From sequence record DRR378314_226: a stretch of 32,668 nt of DNA. The stretch is one strand, 5' to 3'. Shown here piece after piece: positions 1 through 8,315 of this stretch (position 1 is the stretch's first letter; every line of letters starts with the position of its first letter). The translations under genes were made by a program, and so were the position numbers. Below the pieces are notes generated by a model that saw nothing but the letters and a program-made list of their open reading frames with translations, was not told where the DNA came from and ran no database searches.

Positions 1-23
1 CCCTATCTTATTTTTAATATGTT

Positions 24-497
24 CTATCTGGAAATTTCCAAAATTTCAAATTTCAATGTTCCATTGGGAACGGTGATTTCTGCAGTTTCCCCTACTTTTT
101 TGCCCAACAGCCCTTTACCTATGGGCGAACTCACAGAAATTTTTGCCGTCTTTAAATCAGCTTCACTTTCTGCCACAAGGGTATATTTCATTTCCATTCC
201 GTTATTCATGTTCTTCAGTTTAACGGTAGACAGCACCAGCACCTTGGAGGTGTCCAGTTGCGATTCATCTATTAACCTGGCATTGGCCAAAGTCTCTTCC
301 ATCTTGGAAATTTTCATCTCCAACAAACCTTGTGCCTCCTTGGCGGCATCATACTCGGCATTTTCAGACAAATCCCCTTTATCCCTGGCCTCTCCAATTG
401 CTTGCGACGCTTTTGGACGCTCAACATCCTTAAGATAATTAAGTTCATCTCTCAATTTTTTTAGCCCCTCTGCTGTATAATAAGATACCTTACTCAT
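24..497 (-). CDS. greA: Transcription elongation factor GreA
   Basis: 157 aa with the GreA signatures GDLSENAEYDAAKEAQ and ISVSSPIGKGLLGKKVG. Confidence 0.97.
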   Translation of the reverse strand: MSKVSYYTAEGLKKLRDELNYLKDVERPKASQAIGEARDKGDLSENAEYDAAKEAQGLLEMKISKMEETLANARLIDESQLDTSKVLVLSTVKLKNMNNGMEMKYTLVAESEADLKTAKISVSSPIGKGLLGKKVGETAEITVPNGTLKFEILEISR

Positions 498-521
498 AAG
501 TTCTACATTAAATAAATAGGA

Positions 522-547
522 AAATCCTCTTTTTTTAAAGAGGATTT
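522..547 (-). terminator. Terminator-like hairpin in the greA 5' leader (candidate attenuator)
   Basis: AAATCCTCTTT-4nt-AAAGAGGATTT perfect 11-bp inverted repeat between the -7 promoter (552-559) and the greA ATG (497); followed on the minus strand by TCCTATTTATTT. Confidence 0.55.
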
Positions 548-551
548 AAGA

Positions 552-559
552 CAAATATA
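552..559 (-). promoter_or_regulatory. Bacteroidota sigmaA -7 element for greA
   Basis: Minus strand TATATTTG matches TAnnTTTG. Confidence 0.65.
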
Positions 560-608
560 CATAAATTTTGTTCAATTTTGTTTAAGTTATTTAAATAGGC
601 ACAGCGGT

Positions 609-1046
609 ATGAAACGCATATTGGGATTATTATTTTTATTTTTTTTATTGTCCTGCGACAAGAACTCCACCAATAGAAATCCGTACCTACAGGAAATTAG
701 CTTTAGGTTTGATCTTAATTTGAACCTACCATCATATAGCGCTTTGACCAATACAGGCAGCGCCGTATATGTGGGAAACGCCGCAGTAGGTACCCGAGGG
801 GCATTTGTCATCAATACTGGATTTAATTCGTATATGGCCTGGGAAGCCAGCTGCCCCAACCATGCCCCCAACGACTGTTCCACAATGTCATTAAATGGAC
901 AGCTGGTTACCTGCTCCTGTGAAGGGTATGAATACAATTTGTTTACCGGACAATTAATGAACAGACCGGAGGACGGCAAGACTTATCACGACCTACTTTT
1001 TTACCGCGCCACCTATAGCGGCAATTCCGTAATCATCTCCAATTAA
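609..1046 (+). CDS. Lipoprotein with a degenerate Rieske-like [2Fe-2S] ferredoxin domain
   Basis: Lipobox LLSC; motifs SCPNH...C...VTCSCEG...YNLFTG resemble Rieske boxes 1 and 2. Confidence 0.7.
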   Translation: MKRILGLLFLFFLLSCDKNSTNRNPYLQEISFRFDLNLNLPSYSALTNTGSAVYVGNAAVGTRGAFVINTGFNSYMAWEASCPNHAPNDCSTMSLNGQLVTCSCEGYEYNLFTGQLMNRPEDGKTYHDLLFYRATYSGNSVIISN

Positions 1047-1052
1047 CAACCC

Positions 1053-2042
1053 TTAGATCTGACCTAATATTTTATCCATTATCCAGCTGGTATGCAATCC
1101 CGACTTTCCAGTTGAAGGATGCTCCCTGTTTTCCAACATATGCGCCCGTATGTTTTCCACATGGAATTGCTGCACGTGCTTTGGGTGATCAATAAAGAGA
1201 TTTTGAGTACCCTTTTCATTGCTTAGGACGACATCCCCTTCATCAAACACGGGAAAGGATATTTTACCGGTACTGCCTATAATCTCCACATTATCCACCC
1301 TTTCATAAGTGCCAAAATTCCAACTGCCTTCGCCAGTAACTCCATTTTTGTATATCCAACAAGCAGCGATGGCATCTTTTGCGGTATATAATTTTTGCTG
1401 ATTTGTACTTACCCCAAAGGCATTTTCAATATCCCCAAGATAAAACGAAAACAAGTCCAACCCATGGCTGGCCAAATCATCAAAATAACCCCCAGGTGCA
1501 ATTTCACCATCAGTCCTCCAATTGTATGTTTTGTCAAGATCTTCCGTACTTGGAGGTTTGGACAGATGCCAACGGATATGTCTTACATCTCCAATCTCAC
1601 CCTTATCTAGCCATTCCTTAATTTTTAAAAACCTTGGCAAGGAGCGCCTATAATACGCCACAAAAAGTGGCAATTTTCTTTCACTAAAAACATTGTATAT
1701 CTCCAAACTGTCCGCATAGCTTGGTGCCATGGGCTTCTCTACGCAGCAAGGCTTCCCGGCCTCAGCCACCATTAAGGCATAATGCTTATGGGTGTCCGGG
1801 GGTGTAGCAATGTACACCGCATCTACCTCTGGATCCCCGATCAAGTCCTCTGCTTTTGAGTAAAATTTTGGAACACCATGTCTTTTGGCATAGTCCTCCG
1901 CCTTTTCTTCATCCCTGCGCATAACGGCAATCAATTGAAAATCTTTGGTCTGTTGATAAGGTGGTCCGCTTTTTACCTCAGTAACCGCTCCACAACCAAT
2001 TATTCCCCATCGCATTGGTTTCGCGTAACTAGTATTGTTCAT
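1053..2042 (-). CDS. Gfo/Idh/MocA family oxidoreductase (cytoplasmic)
   Basis: WGIIGCG Rossmann motif, VYIATPP, VEKP, DLASHGLD. Confidence 0.92.
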   Translation of the reverse strand: MNNTSYAKPMRWGIIGCGAVTEVKSGPPYQQTKDFQLIAVMRRDEEKAEDYAKRHGVPKFYSKAEDLIGDPEVDAVYIATPPDTHKHYALMVAEAGKPCCVEKPMAPSYADSLEIYNVFSERKLPLFVAYYRRSLPRFLKIKEWLDKGEIGDVRHIRWHLSKPPSTEDLDKTYNWRTDGEIAPGGYFDDLASHGLDLFSFYLGDIENAFGVSTNQQKLYTAKDAIAACWIYKNGVTGEGSWNFGTYERVDNVEIIGSTGKISFPVFDEGDVVLSNEKGTQNLFIDHPKHVQQFHVENIRAHMLENREHPSTGKSGLHTSWIMDKILGQI

Positions 2043-2340
2043 TATTTAGAATTTTCAGGTTTTTGGTTATCTACATGCATCACAAAAATAAGGGTTAAAA
2101 TATGAATAAATCGGCCCAAATTCCCTGATTCATCATAAATATGTAAAGAATGTTCCAATATTATGAAAGATAAAATAATAAAGGACAATCTTCCAATTGA
2201 ATCTATAAGAATACCGGCTAAAATATCTGGCAAGAAAGACAACATATAGCATTTTTAATTAACCGGCCATCATCAACTTCACAATTCTTAACTCTACTTA
2301 ATGGTATTTTACCAATACTTAGGGTTGCTCTAAATTTTGG
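2042..2340 (-). pseudogene. Possible eroded remnant of a membrane (MFS-like) transporter gene
   Basis: Hydrophobic fragments in two frames (FRATLSIGKIPLS; SFLPDILAGILIDS); the last frame ends in a TAATG stop/start overlap with the Gfo/Idh/MocA gene. Resemblance to flavobacterial MFS C-termini is from memory only. Confidence 0.25.
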
Positions 2341-2498
2341 CAGATAAAATTGGAAAAAGACATAGTTTTTAAATAGATTTATAAAAAAACGGGGTAACAT
2401 TAAGAATACTTGAATGTACTTCTTAATAATTTAAGAACTGTTTTGTTAATCATAGACCAAATTCCAATTTATAATATCACCGTTAAATCCTTAATAAA

Positions 2499-3095
2499 AT
2501 GAAAGCCAAAATAATTTGTACGTTTCTGATAGTGAATTTTATTACGTTAAACATGTTTGCACAAGACCCAGTACTTAAAAGTGCTTTTAACGGAAAAAAT
2601 CTGAAAGGGTGGGTTGTTCCTGAAAACAACATATGGTGGTCCGTGGAAAACGGAATATTACGGGCCAAAAGTGGTCCCGATAAAAAGGGATCTATTCTAT
2701 GGACCGACAAGGAATATACCGATTTTGTAATAGAAACCGACTTCAGATATGATGAAGGAACGGTAGATACAGGGATTTTCCTCAGAAACGACAAAGAACA
2801 GATACAAATGGGGATTTCGGGCTCCTTAAAGCGTGATATGACCGGCTCTCCCTATATTGTAGGAAAAAAATATCCCGTAGAAGCCCAAAACGTCAAGGAA
2901 ATTCTAAAGCCCAACGACTGGAATACCATAAAAGTGATAGCTATTGCAGGGTATTATGAAGTTTGGCTCAACAACAAGCATGTCATGAGCTACACCTCCG
3001 ACAGTTATATTAAAACAGGACCCATAGGGTTGCAACTACATCCAAACACCGAAATGACCGCCAGCTTCCGTAACATAAAGATTGGAAAAATGTAG
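2499..3095 (+). CDS. DUF1080 / 3-keto-disaccharide hydrolase-family protein, secreted
   Basis: Signal peptide; FNGKNLKGW, WSVENG, DTGIFLR, WNTIKV, GPIGLQLH, FRNIKI. Confidence 0.9.
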   Translation: MKAKIICTFLIVNFITLNMFAQDPVLKSAFNGKNLKGWVVPENNIWWSVENGILRAKSGPDKKGSILWTDKEYTDFVIETDFRYDEGTVDTGIFLRNDKEQIQMGISGSLKRDMTGSPYIVGKKYPVEAQNVKEILKPNDWNTIKVIAIAGYYEVWLNNKHVMSYTSDSYIKTGPIGLQLHPNTEMTASFRNIKIGKM

Positions 3096-3149
3096 TGGAA
3101 TTATTAGGTCTAGGAACAAATTAATCTAATCAAATATCGACCAACAAGA

Positions 3150-4244
3150 ATGAACACAAGAACATTACTTCTTAAATTTGGTTTAAGCAGTGTTATAGCC
3201 CTATTATTTATAGTGTCCTGTAAACAGGCCAAGTCTGATAAATCGGCCGGGGCCGACATTCAACCCAAGGCAGAAAAAAGAATAAAACTGGTCCGCAACG
3301 ACCAAGAAAAAAAGGTGGATGTATTTATAGATGACAATCTATTTACCTCCTACATCTACCCTACCAACATTAAAAAACCAGTGCTATATCCTTTGGTCAC
3401 ACCAAAGGGCACCAAGATTACCAGAAAATATCCCCTAGAGCCATCTGTGGGCGAAAGAGTGGACCATCCGCATCACGTAGGGGTCTGGTTTAATTACGGC
3501 GATGTTAACGGATTGGATTTTTGGAACAATTCAGATTCCATTAAAGTAGAAAAGAGAGGAAGTTACGGTACTATTCTTCACAAGGAAATACTGGGCATGG
3601 AAGACGGCAATGAGGAAGCAAGCCTAAAGGTGGCCATGGATTGGGTTTCCAACGAAGGAAAAGTATTGCTTAAAGAAAACACCACTTTTATTTTTAGGGG
3701 CGATCACGATGAATATTCCATAGATCGCATCACCAGGCTTTCTGCCCCCAACGAAAAAGTAATTTTCAAGGACAATAAGGAAGGGGTCCTCGGCATTCGG
3801 GTTACACGCGAATTGGAACATCCCTCCGACAAGCCCGATATTTTTACCGATTCCAATGGAATCCCTACCGGTGTCCCTGTACTAAACAATGAAGGTGTTA
3901 ATGGAAATTACATTAATAGTGAAAATATTGAAGGGAACGACTGTTGGGGAAAAAGATCGAATTGGGTAAATTTAAGATCCAACATTGGTGATGAAAAAAT
4001 TTCCCTTGCCATCTTGGACCATACTTCCAATGCCGGCTATCCTACCTATTGGCACACCCGCGGCTATGGCCTTTTTGCTGCCAATCCCCTAGGACAGGAA
4101 GTCTTTAGCGATGGAAAGGAAGCCTTAAACCTAAGCCTGGACCAAGGTGAGGAAGTTACCTTTAGACATAGAATTATAGTAGCTAGTAAGAATTTGGAAA
4201 AGGCCGAGCTTGATGCGGAATTTGACAAATTTTCAGCACAATAA
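3150..4244 (+). CDS. DUF6807 (so-called PmoA-family) lipoprotein
   Basis: Lipobox IVSC; KPVLYP, DHPHHVGVWF, DFWNN, WHTRGYGLFAANP. Confidence 0.85.
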   Translation: MNTRTLLLKFGLSSVIALLFIVSCKQAKSDKSAGADIQPKAEKRIKLVRNDQEKKVDVFIDDNLFTSYIYPTNIKKPVLYPLVTPKGTKITRKYPLEPSVGERVDHPHHVGVWFNYGDVNGLDFWNNSDSIKVEKRGSYGTILHKEILGMEDGNEEASLKVAMDWVSNEGKVLLKENTTFIFRGDHDEYSIDRITRLSAPNEKVIFKDNKEGVLGIRVTRELEHPSDKPDIFTDSNGIPTGVPVLNNEGVNGNYINSENIEGNDCWGKRSNWVNLRSNIGDEKISLAILDHTSNAGYPTYWHTRGYGLFAANPLGQEVFSDGKEALNLSLDQGEEVTFRHRIIVASKNLEKAELDAEFDKFSAQ

Positions 4245-4301
4245 ATTGCTGCACGTCTTATCAAAAAAAATAATCATCAATACCATTAATAAAACTTAAA
4301 T

Positions 4302-5678
4302 ATGGACAACAGAAGAGACTTTATTAAAAAAACTACCCTTGCCAGTACAGGCGTTGTTGTGGGGGCATCTGCCTTTTCCGCAAAATCTTACGGGAACATT
4401 TTGGGTGCCAACGACCGTGTGGTCCTAGGGTCTATTGGTGTCAGGGGTCGTGGAAGTAATTTGTTGGAAAATTTTTCCGAGATGTACAATGATGGAGTAC
4501 ATATTAAAACCGTTTGTGATGTTGACTCTGCCGTTTTGGGCGACAATGTAAAAATGGCTGCCAAAAACCAAAAAGGCAACAAACCAGGTACGGAGGAAGA
4601 TATGCGCCGTGTATTTGAGGACAAGGAAATAGACGCTGTAGTCGTGGCCGTTCCCAATCATTGGCATGCACTGGCCACCATCTGGGCCTGTCAGGCCGGA
4701 AAACATGTATATGTTGAAAAACCTAGTTCCCATAATGTATGGGAGGGAAGAAAAATGGTAGAGGCCGCACGAAAATACAATCGGGTAGTTCAGGTAGGAT
4801 TCCAAAACAGATCCATAAGCAATGTTATGCAGGCTATGGATTTCTTACATCGTGGTGGTATTGGGGAAGTATTTCTATCCCGAGGCACATGTTTTAAACC
4901 TAGGGATTCTTTTGGAATTACCCCAGATAGTGTATCACCATCAACCTTGAACTACGATCTTTGGTTGGGCCCGGCCACCTATAGGCCTTATAATGAAAAA
5001 AAGGGGCACTATAATTGGCACTGGCACTGGGATACCGGCAATGGTGACACAGGCAACCAAGGGCCACACCAATTTGATATTGCCCGATGGGGCCTGAATA
5101 AAAAAATACATCCGGTAAAAGTTCAGTCCATGGGAGGTATTTTTGGATTTACACCACAGGAATGTTCGCAGGAAACACCAAACACCCAAACTTCCGTATT
5201 TGAGTATGGGGACGGAAAAATATTGGAATTTGAAACTAGGGGCAGATACACCAATCATGAGGCCAATTTAGGAGTGAAAATTGGTAATATGTTTTACGGA
5301 ACGGAAGGTTGGATGGAAGTAAACGGATCTACCTGGAAAGCATACAAAGGCAAGGAGACCGAACCTTTTGCAGGTTCTGAAATGGCCGGAAGTGCTGCCG
5401 TTGGTGGTGACACCTCCTTTTTGACCGCCCCCGATAGCAAGGGACATTATGGCAATTTTATAGACGGGGTACGCTCAGGAAACCATCATGATTTAAATTG
5501 CGATATAGAGACAGGGCATATGTCCACAGTGCTGCCATTGATAGCAAATATTGCCCTGAGGGTCGGGGAAACCTTAAAATTTAATGGGGAGTTCGAGAAA
5601 TTTATAAACAATGAAGAAGCCGATCTTATGCTTACCAGAAAGTACAGATATCCCTATATAGTGCCGGAAAATGTATAA
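4302..5678 (+). CDS. Tat-exported Gfo/Idh/MocA family oxidoreductase
   Basis: Twin-arginine signal NRRDFIKK; IGVRGRG, PNHWH, VYVEKP, GNQGPHQFD. Confidence 0.92.
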   Translation: MDNRRDFIKKTTLASTGVVVGASAFSAKSYGNILGANDRVVLGSIGVRGRGSNLLENFSEMYNDGVHIKTVCDVDSAVLGDNVKMAAKNQKGNKPGTEEDMRRVFEDKEIDAVVVAVPNHWHALATIWACQAGKHVYVEKPSSHNVWEGRKMVEAARKYNRVVQVGFQNRSISNVMQAMDFLHRGGIGEVFLSRGTCFKPRDSFGITPDSVSPSTLNYDLWLGPATYRPYNEKKGHYNWHWHWDTGNGDTGNQGPHQFDIARWGLNKKIHPVKVQSMGGIFGFTPQECSQETPNTQTSVFEYGDGKILEFETRGRYTNHEANLGVKIGNMFYGTEGWMEVNGSTWKAYKGKETEPFAGSEMAGSAAVGGDTSFLTAPDSKGHYGNFIDGVRSGNHHDLNCDIETGHMSTVLPLIANIALRVGETLKFNGEFEKFINNEEADLMLTRKYRYPYIVPENV

Positions 5679-5756
5679 TAGTCACGAACTTCTTTTATAG
5701 AAATAAATCCTATTTAATTTAATAATACTAATCTTGGGCGTATTATTAAAAATGAA

Positions 5757-5798
5757 AAAACCCCGATGTTGGTACAATTGAACCAACATCGGGGTTTT
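5757..5798. terminator. Bidirectional intrinsic terminator
   Basis: 17-bp perfect inverted repeat AAAACCCCGATGTTGGT / ACCAACATCGGGGTTTT between convergent genes. Confidence 0.88.
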
Positions 5799-5827
5799 AA
5801 GTTTCCAAATAAAGCGGTAGACCTCCC

Positions 5828-7999
5828 TTAAAAACTTATGGATGCCCCTAAGAGAAAATTAATCCCTGCCTGAGGATAGTAACCAGCTCCTTCATAAGTA
5901 GTAACGGTTCCAGGCACAGAATAATCATCATCAAAAGTATAAAAGTATCCATTGGACACAAATAAGGAATCGAAGATATTATTGACCAGTCCAGATAAAA
6001 CGATGCTCTTAAAAAACCCGTTGGTAGTGATCTCATACTGTACATTAAAATCGGTTTGCGAATACGAATCCAACTTGGAACCTTTAGAATCTATATTACC
6101 CATATATTGCTCTCCAACAAACTTGGTCAACACGCTAAATTGAACATTTTCCTTAGGCTGATAGGTTAAAACGTTTCCTACAATAATATCTGGCGAAAAG
6201 GAAATATGGGTATCCCCAAGTTCTTCTAGTTCACCATCACGCTGAAACACAAAATCCCTGTTTCTGTTTCTGCTCAATGCCACATTGGGCCGTATTTTAA
6301 ATTGATTCCCCAAAGCTATGGTGGCATCCACTTCCAAACCTAAACGGTAACTGTCCCCAACATTGGCACGTAAAGGGGCTCCAACATCATTTAATTCGCC
6401 AGTGAGCACCAATTGATCCTTATATCCCATATAATACACATTGGTGTTCAACTGTACATCCGGGGAAATATAGCGCCATCCCAACTCATAATCGTTCAAT
6501 TTCTCCGGCTTTGGGCTACCACTTTCATAGTCATTTCTGTTAGGCTCACGATTGGCCCTGGCATAAGAGAGATAAAAATTATTGTTCATGTTTAGATCGT
6601 AGGTAATCCCAACCTTTGGGTTAAAAAAATTAAAGGTGTCATCTACGATTCCTGTGTCTTCGCCATTGGCTGTATAGCCTATGGTCCTATACTGTAAATC
6701 CCCATAAGCACTCCATTGGTCGCTAAATTTATAATTCGCCTTGGCAAAAAGATTTAGATCCGTTTTGGTGGAACTATCATCATAATATCTGTCTTCATAA
6801 TCCTTATTATTGGAATAACGGGCCCAAATAATTTCCCCAAAATGGCTTCCTTCATATTTGTTCCAACCTCCTCCAAGAATTAAATTCAAACTCTCTTGGT
6901 CATAATTGACAGAAAAAGTGGTACCGTAAAAATCATTGTCCAGCCAACGCCTTCTTATTAGATCGGTCTTATCCACTTCTTCCCCATCAACCATTATAGG
7001 CACAATTCCATAGGTGCTAAAGTCATCGTTTTCCTTGTACTGTTCAAAAAAACCTCTTCCCTTAGTAAAATGAAATGCCAGATTGGTATTCCAATTATCC
7101 GCAATTTGTTCATTCCAATGCAATTGAAAATGATTTTGCCTATAATTATCCTCTTCGTGGTCATAGAATTGGGTATTTCCATTTTCATCGGTATAGATTC
7201 CCGCAGAATTAAAGGTTCTGTCAGACTCCAATGTTTCTGCATCTATCCCGTTCCAAGCCTGATAGGTAATTTCATGTCCCCCGAACAACAATGCCTTTAC
7301 CAAAGTATTGTCATCAACATAGGAGCCTTGCAAAAAGTAAGAATCCAATTCGGAAGAAGCCCTATCAATATAACCGTCCGAGGTTATTCTGGACAAACGT
7401 CCTGCAATTTCAACATGATCGTTCAAAAGACCGGTGCTAAACTTCAAATTGTTCCTGAGTGTTCCAAAGCTGCCTATGGAAGACGAAATTTGACCAAAGG
7501 CCTCGTCGGAAACGGCATCGGTCAACAAATTTAAACTGGCTCCAAAGGCTCCTGATCCGTTTGTTGATGTTCCTACCCCACGCTGCAATTGCAAACTTTC
7601 TGTGGAAGAGGCAAAATCGGGCATGTTTACCCAAAACGAACCGTGTGATTCCGCATCGTTGTAGGGAATCCCGTTAATGGTAACGTTGACCCGTGTACCA
7701 TCACTACCACGGACTCGGATACCTGTGTAGCCTATACCGGCCCCGGCATCGGAAGTGGTAACCACTGCTGGCAGAAAATTCATAAGGATAGGAATATCCT
7801 GCCCTAAATTTCTAGGTTTGATCTGTTCTTTGGTCAGGTTGGTGAAAGTTACTGGAGATTGTTTGGTAACCCTAACAGCGGATACCAATACCTCATCCAA
7901 GGCAATTTCTTTTCCTTCCAAAGAATCTTTGGGTTTCTCTTGGCCAATCGCCAAAAGCGTAGTCGCTACGATAGCGACAGTTGTGAACATAGTTTTCAT
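5828..7999 (-). CDS. TonB-dependent receptor, probable thiamine uptake
   Basis: Signal peptide, TonB-box-like LDEVLVSA, plug motifs GYTGIRVRG and RVNVTINGIPYND, C-terminal Phe; TPP riboswitch directly upstream. Confidence 0.9.
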   Translation of the reverse strand: MKTMFTTVAIVATTLLAIGQEKPKDSLEGKEIALDEVLVSAVRVTKQSPVTFTNLTKEQIKPRNLGQDIPILMNFLPAVVTTSDAGAGIGYTGIRVRGSDGTRVNVTINGIPYNDAESHGSFWVNMPDFASSTESLQLQRGVGTSTNGSGAFGASLNLLTDAVSDEAFGQISSSIGSFGTLRNNLKFSTGLLNDHVEIAGRLSRITSDGYIDRASSELDSYFLQGSYVDDNTLVKALLFGGHEITYQAWNGIDAETLESDRTFNSAGIYTDENGNTQFYDHEEDNYRQNHFQLHWNEQIADNWNTNLAFHFTKGRGFFEQYKENDDFSTYGIVPIMVDGEEVDKTDLIRRRWLDNDFYGTTFSVNYDQESLNLILGGGWNKYEGSHFGEIIWARYSNNKDYEDRYYDDSSTKTDLNLFAKANYKFSDQWSAYGDLQYRTIGYTANGEDTGIVDDTFNFFNPKVGITYDLNMNNNFYLSYARANREPNRNDYESGSPKPEKLNDYELGWRYISPDVQLNTNVYYMGYKDQLVLTGELNDVGAPLRANVGDSYRLGLEVDATIALGNQFKIRPNVALSRNRNRDFVFQRDGELEELGDTHISFSPDIIVGNVLTYQPKENVQFSVLTKFVGEQYMGNIDSKGSKLDSYSQTDFNVQYEITTNGFFKSIVLSGLVNNIFDSLFVSNGYFYTFDDDYSVPGTVTTYEGAGYYPQAGINFLLGASISF

Positions 8000-8030
8000 C
8001 CGTAATACATTTGTTACGAATAAAAGGGGC
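7994..8030 (-). promoter_or_regulatory. Riboswitch expression platform: hairpin sequestering the start codon
   Basis: RNA UUUUAUUCGUAA-caaaugua-UUACGG-AUG-AAA forms 12 bp (2 G-U) covering the AUG; the adjacent GCCCCUUU is complementary to the aptamer 5' AAAGGGGU. Confidence 0.6.
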
Positions 8031-8119
8031 TATTATTCTTGTTAAAAATTGATTTTTGTTTTTTTCCGATTACAAAATTGTATCGAAAATAAAACGTTGG
8101 AAATTCCAAAACGCGATTT

Positions 8120-8197
8120 TCGCATCCCTTGGCAGCATTACCTGCCCAGGTTCCTTGGGTATAATCTCAGCCTGACCTAACAAGCACCCCTTTGAGA
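8120..8197 (-). ncRNA. TPP (thiamine pyrophosphate) riboswitch aptamer
   Basis: Minus strand GGGGTGC...GCTGAGATTATACCC..GAACCTG-GGCAGGTAATGCTGCC-AAGGGA contains the THI-box core elements (CUGAGA, ACCC, GAACCUG, UAAU loop, AGGGA). Confidence 0.92.
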
Positions 8198-8203
8198 CGG
8201 GCG

Positions 8204-8211
8204 CAAATTTA
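8204..8211 (-). promoter_or_regulatory. sigmaA -7 element for the TPP riboswitch/TBDR transcript
   Basis: Minus strand TAAATTTG a few nt upstream of the aptamer. Confidence 0.7.
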
Positions 8212-8315
8212 CATACGACCATTCTAATATCATAATAAAAAGCAATAAATAATTAACTATAATTTATAGACCAATGGGACTTGAAATACGTAAATTAGAA
8301 TAAGGGCCGCAAAAA

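Noticed and set aside
3150-4244. Methane monooxygenase PmoA
   Set aside because: A soluble lipoprotein without multiple TM helices and with no pmoB/pmoC; the family label is misleading
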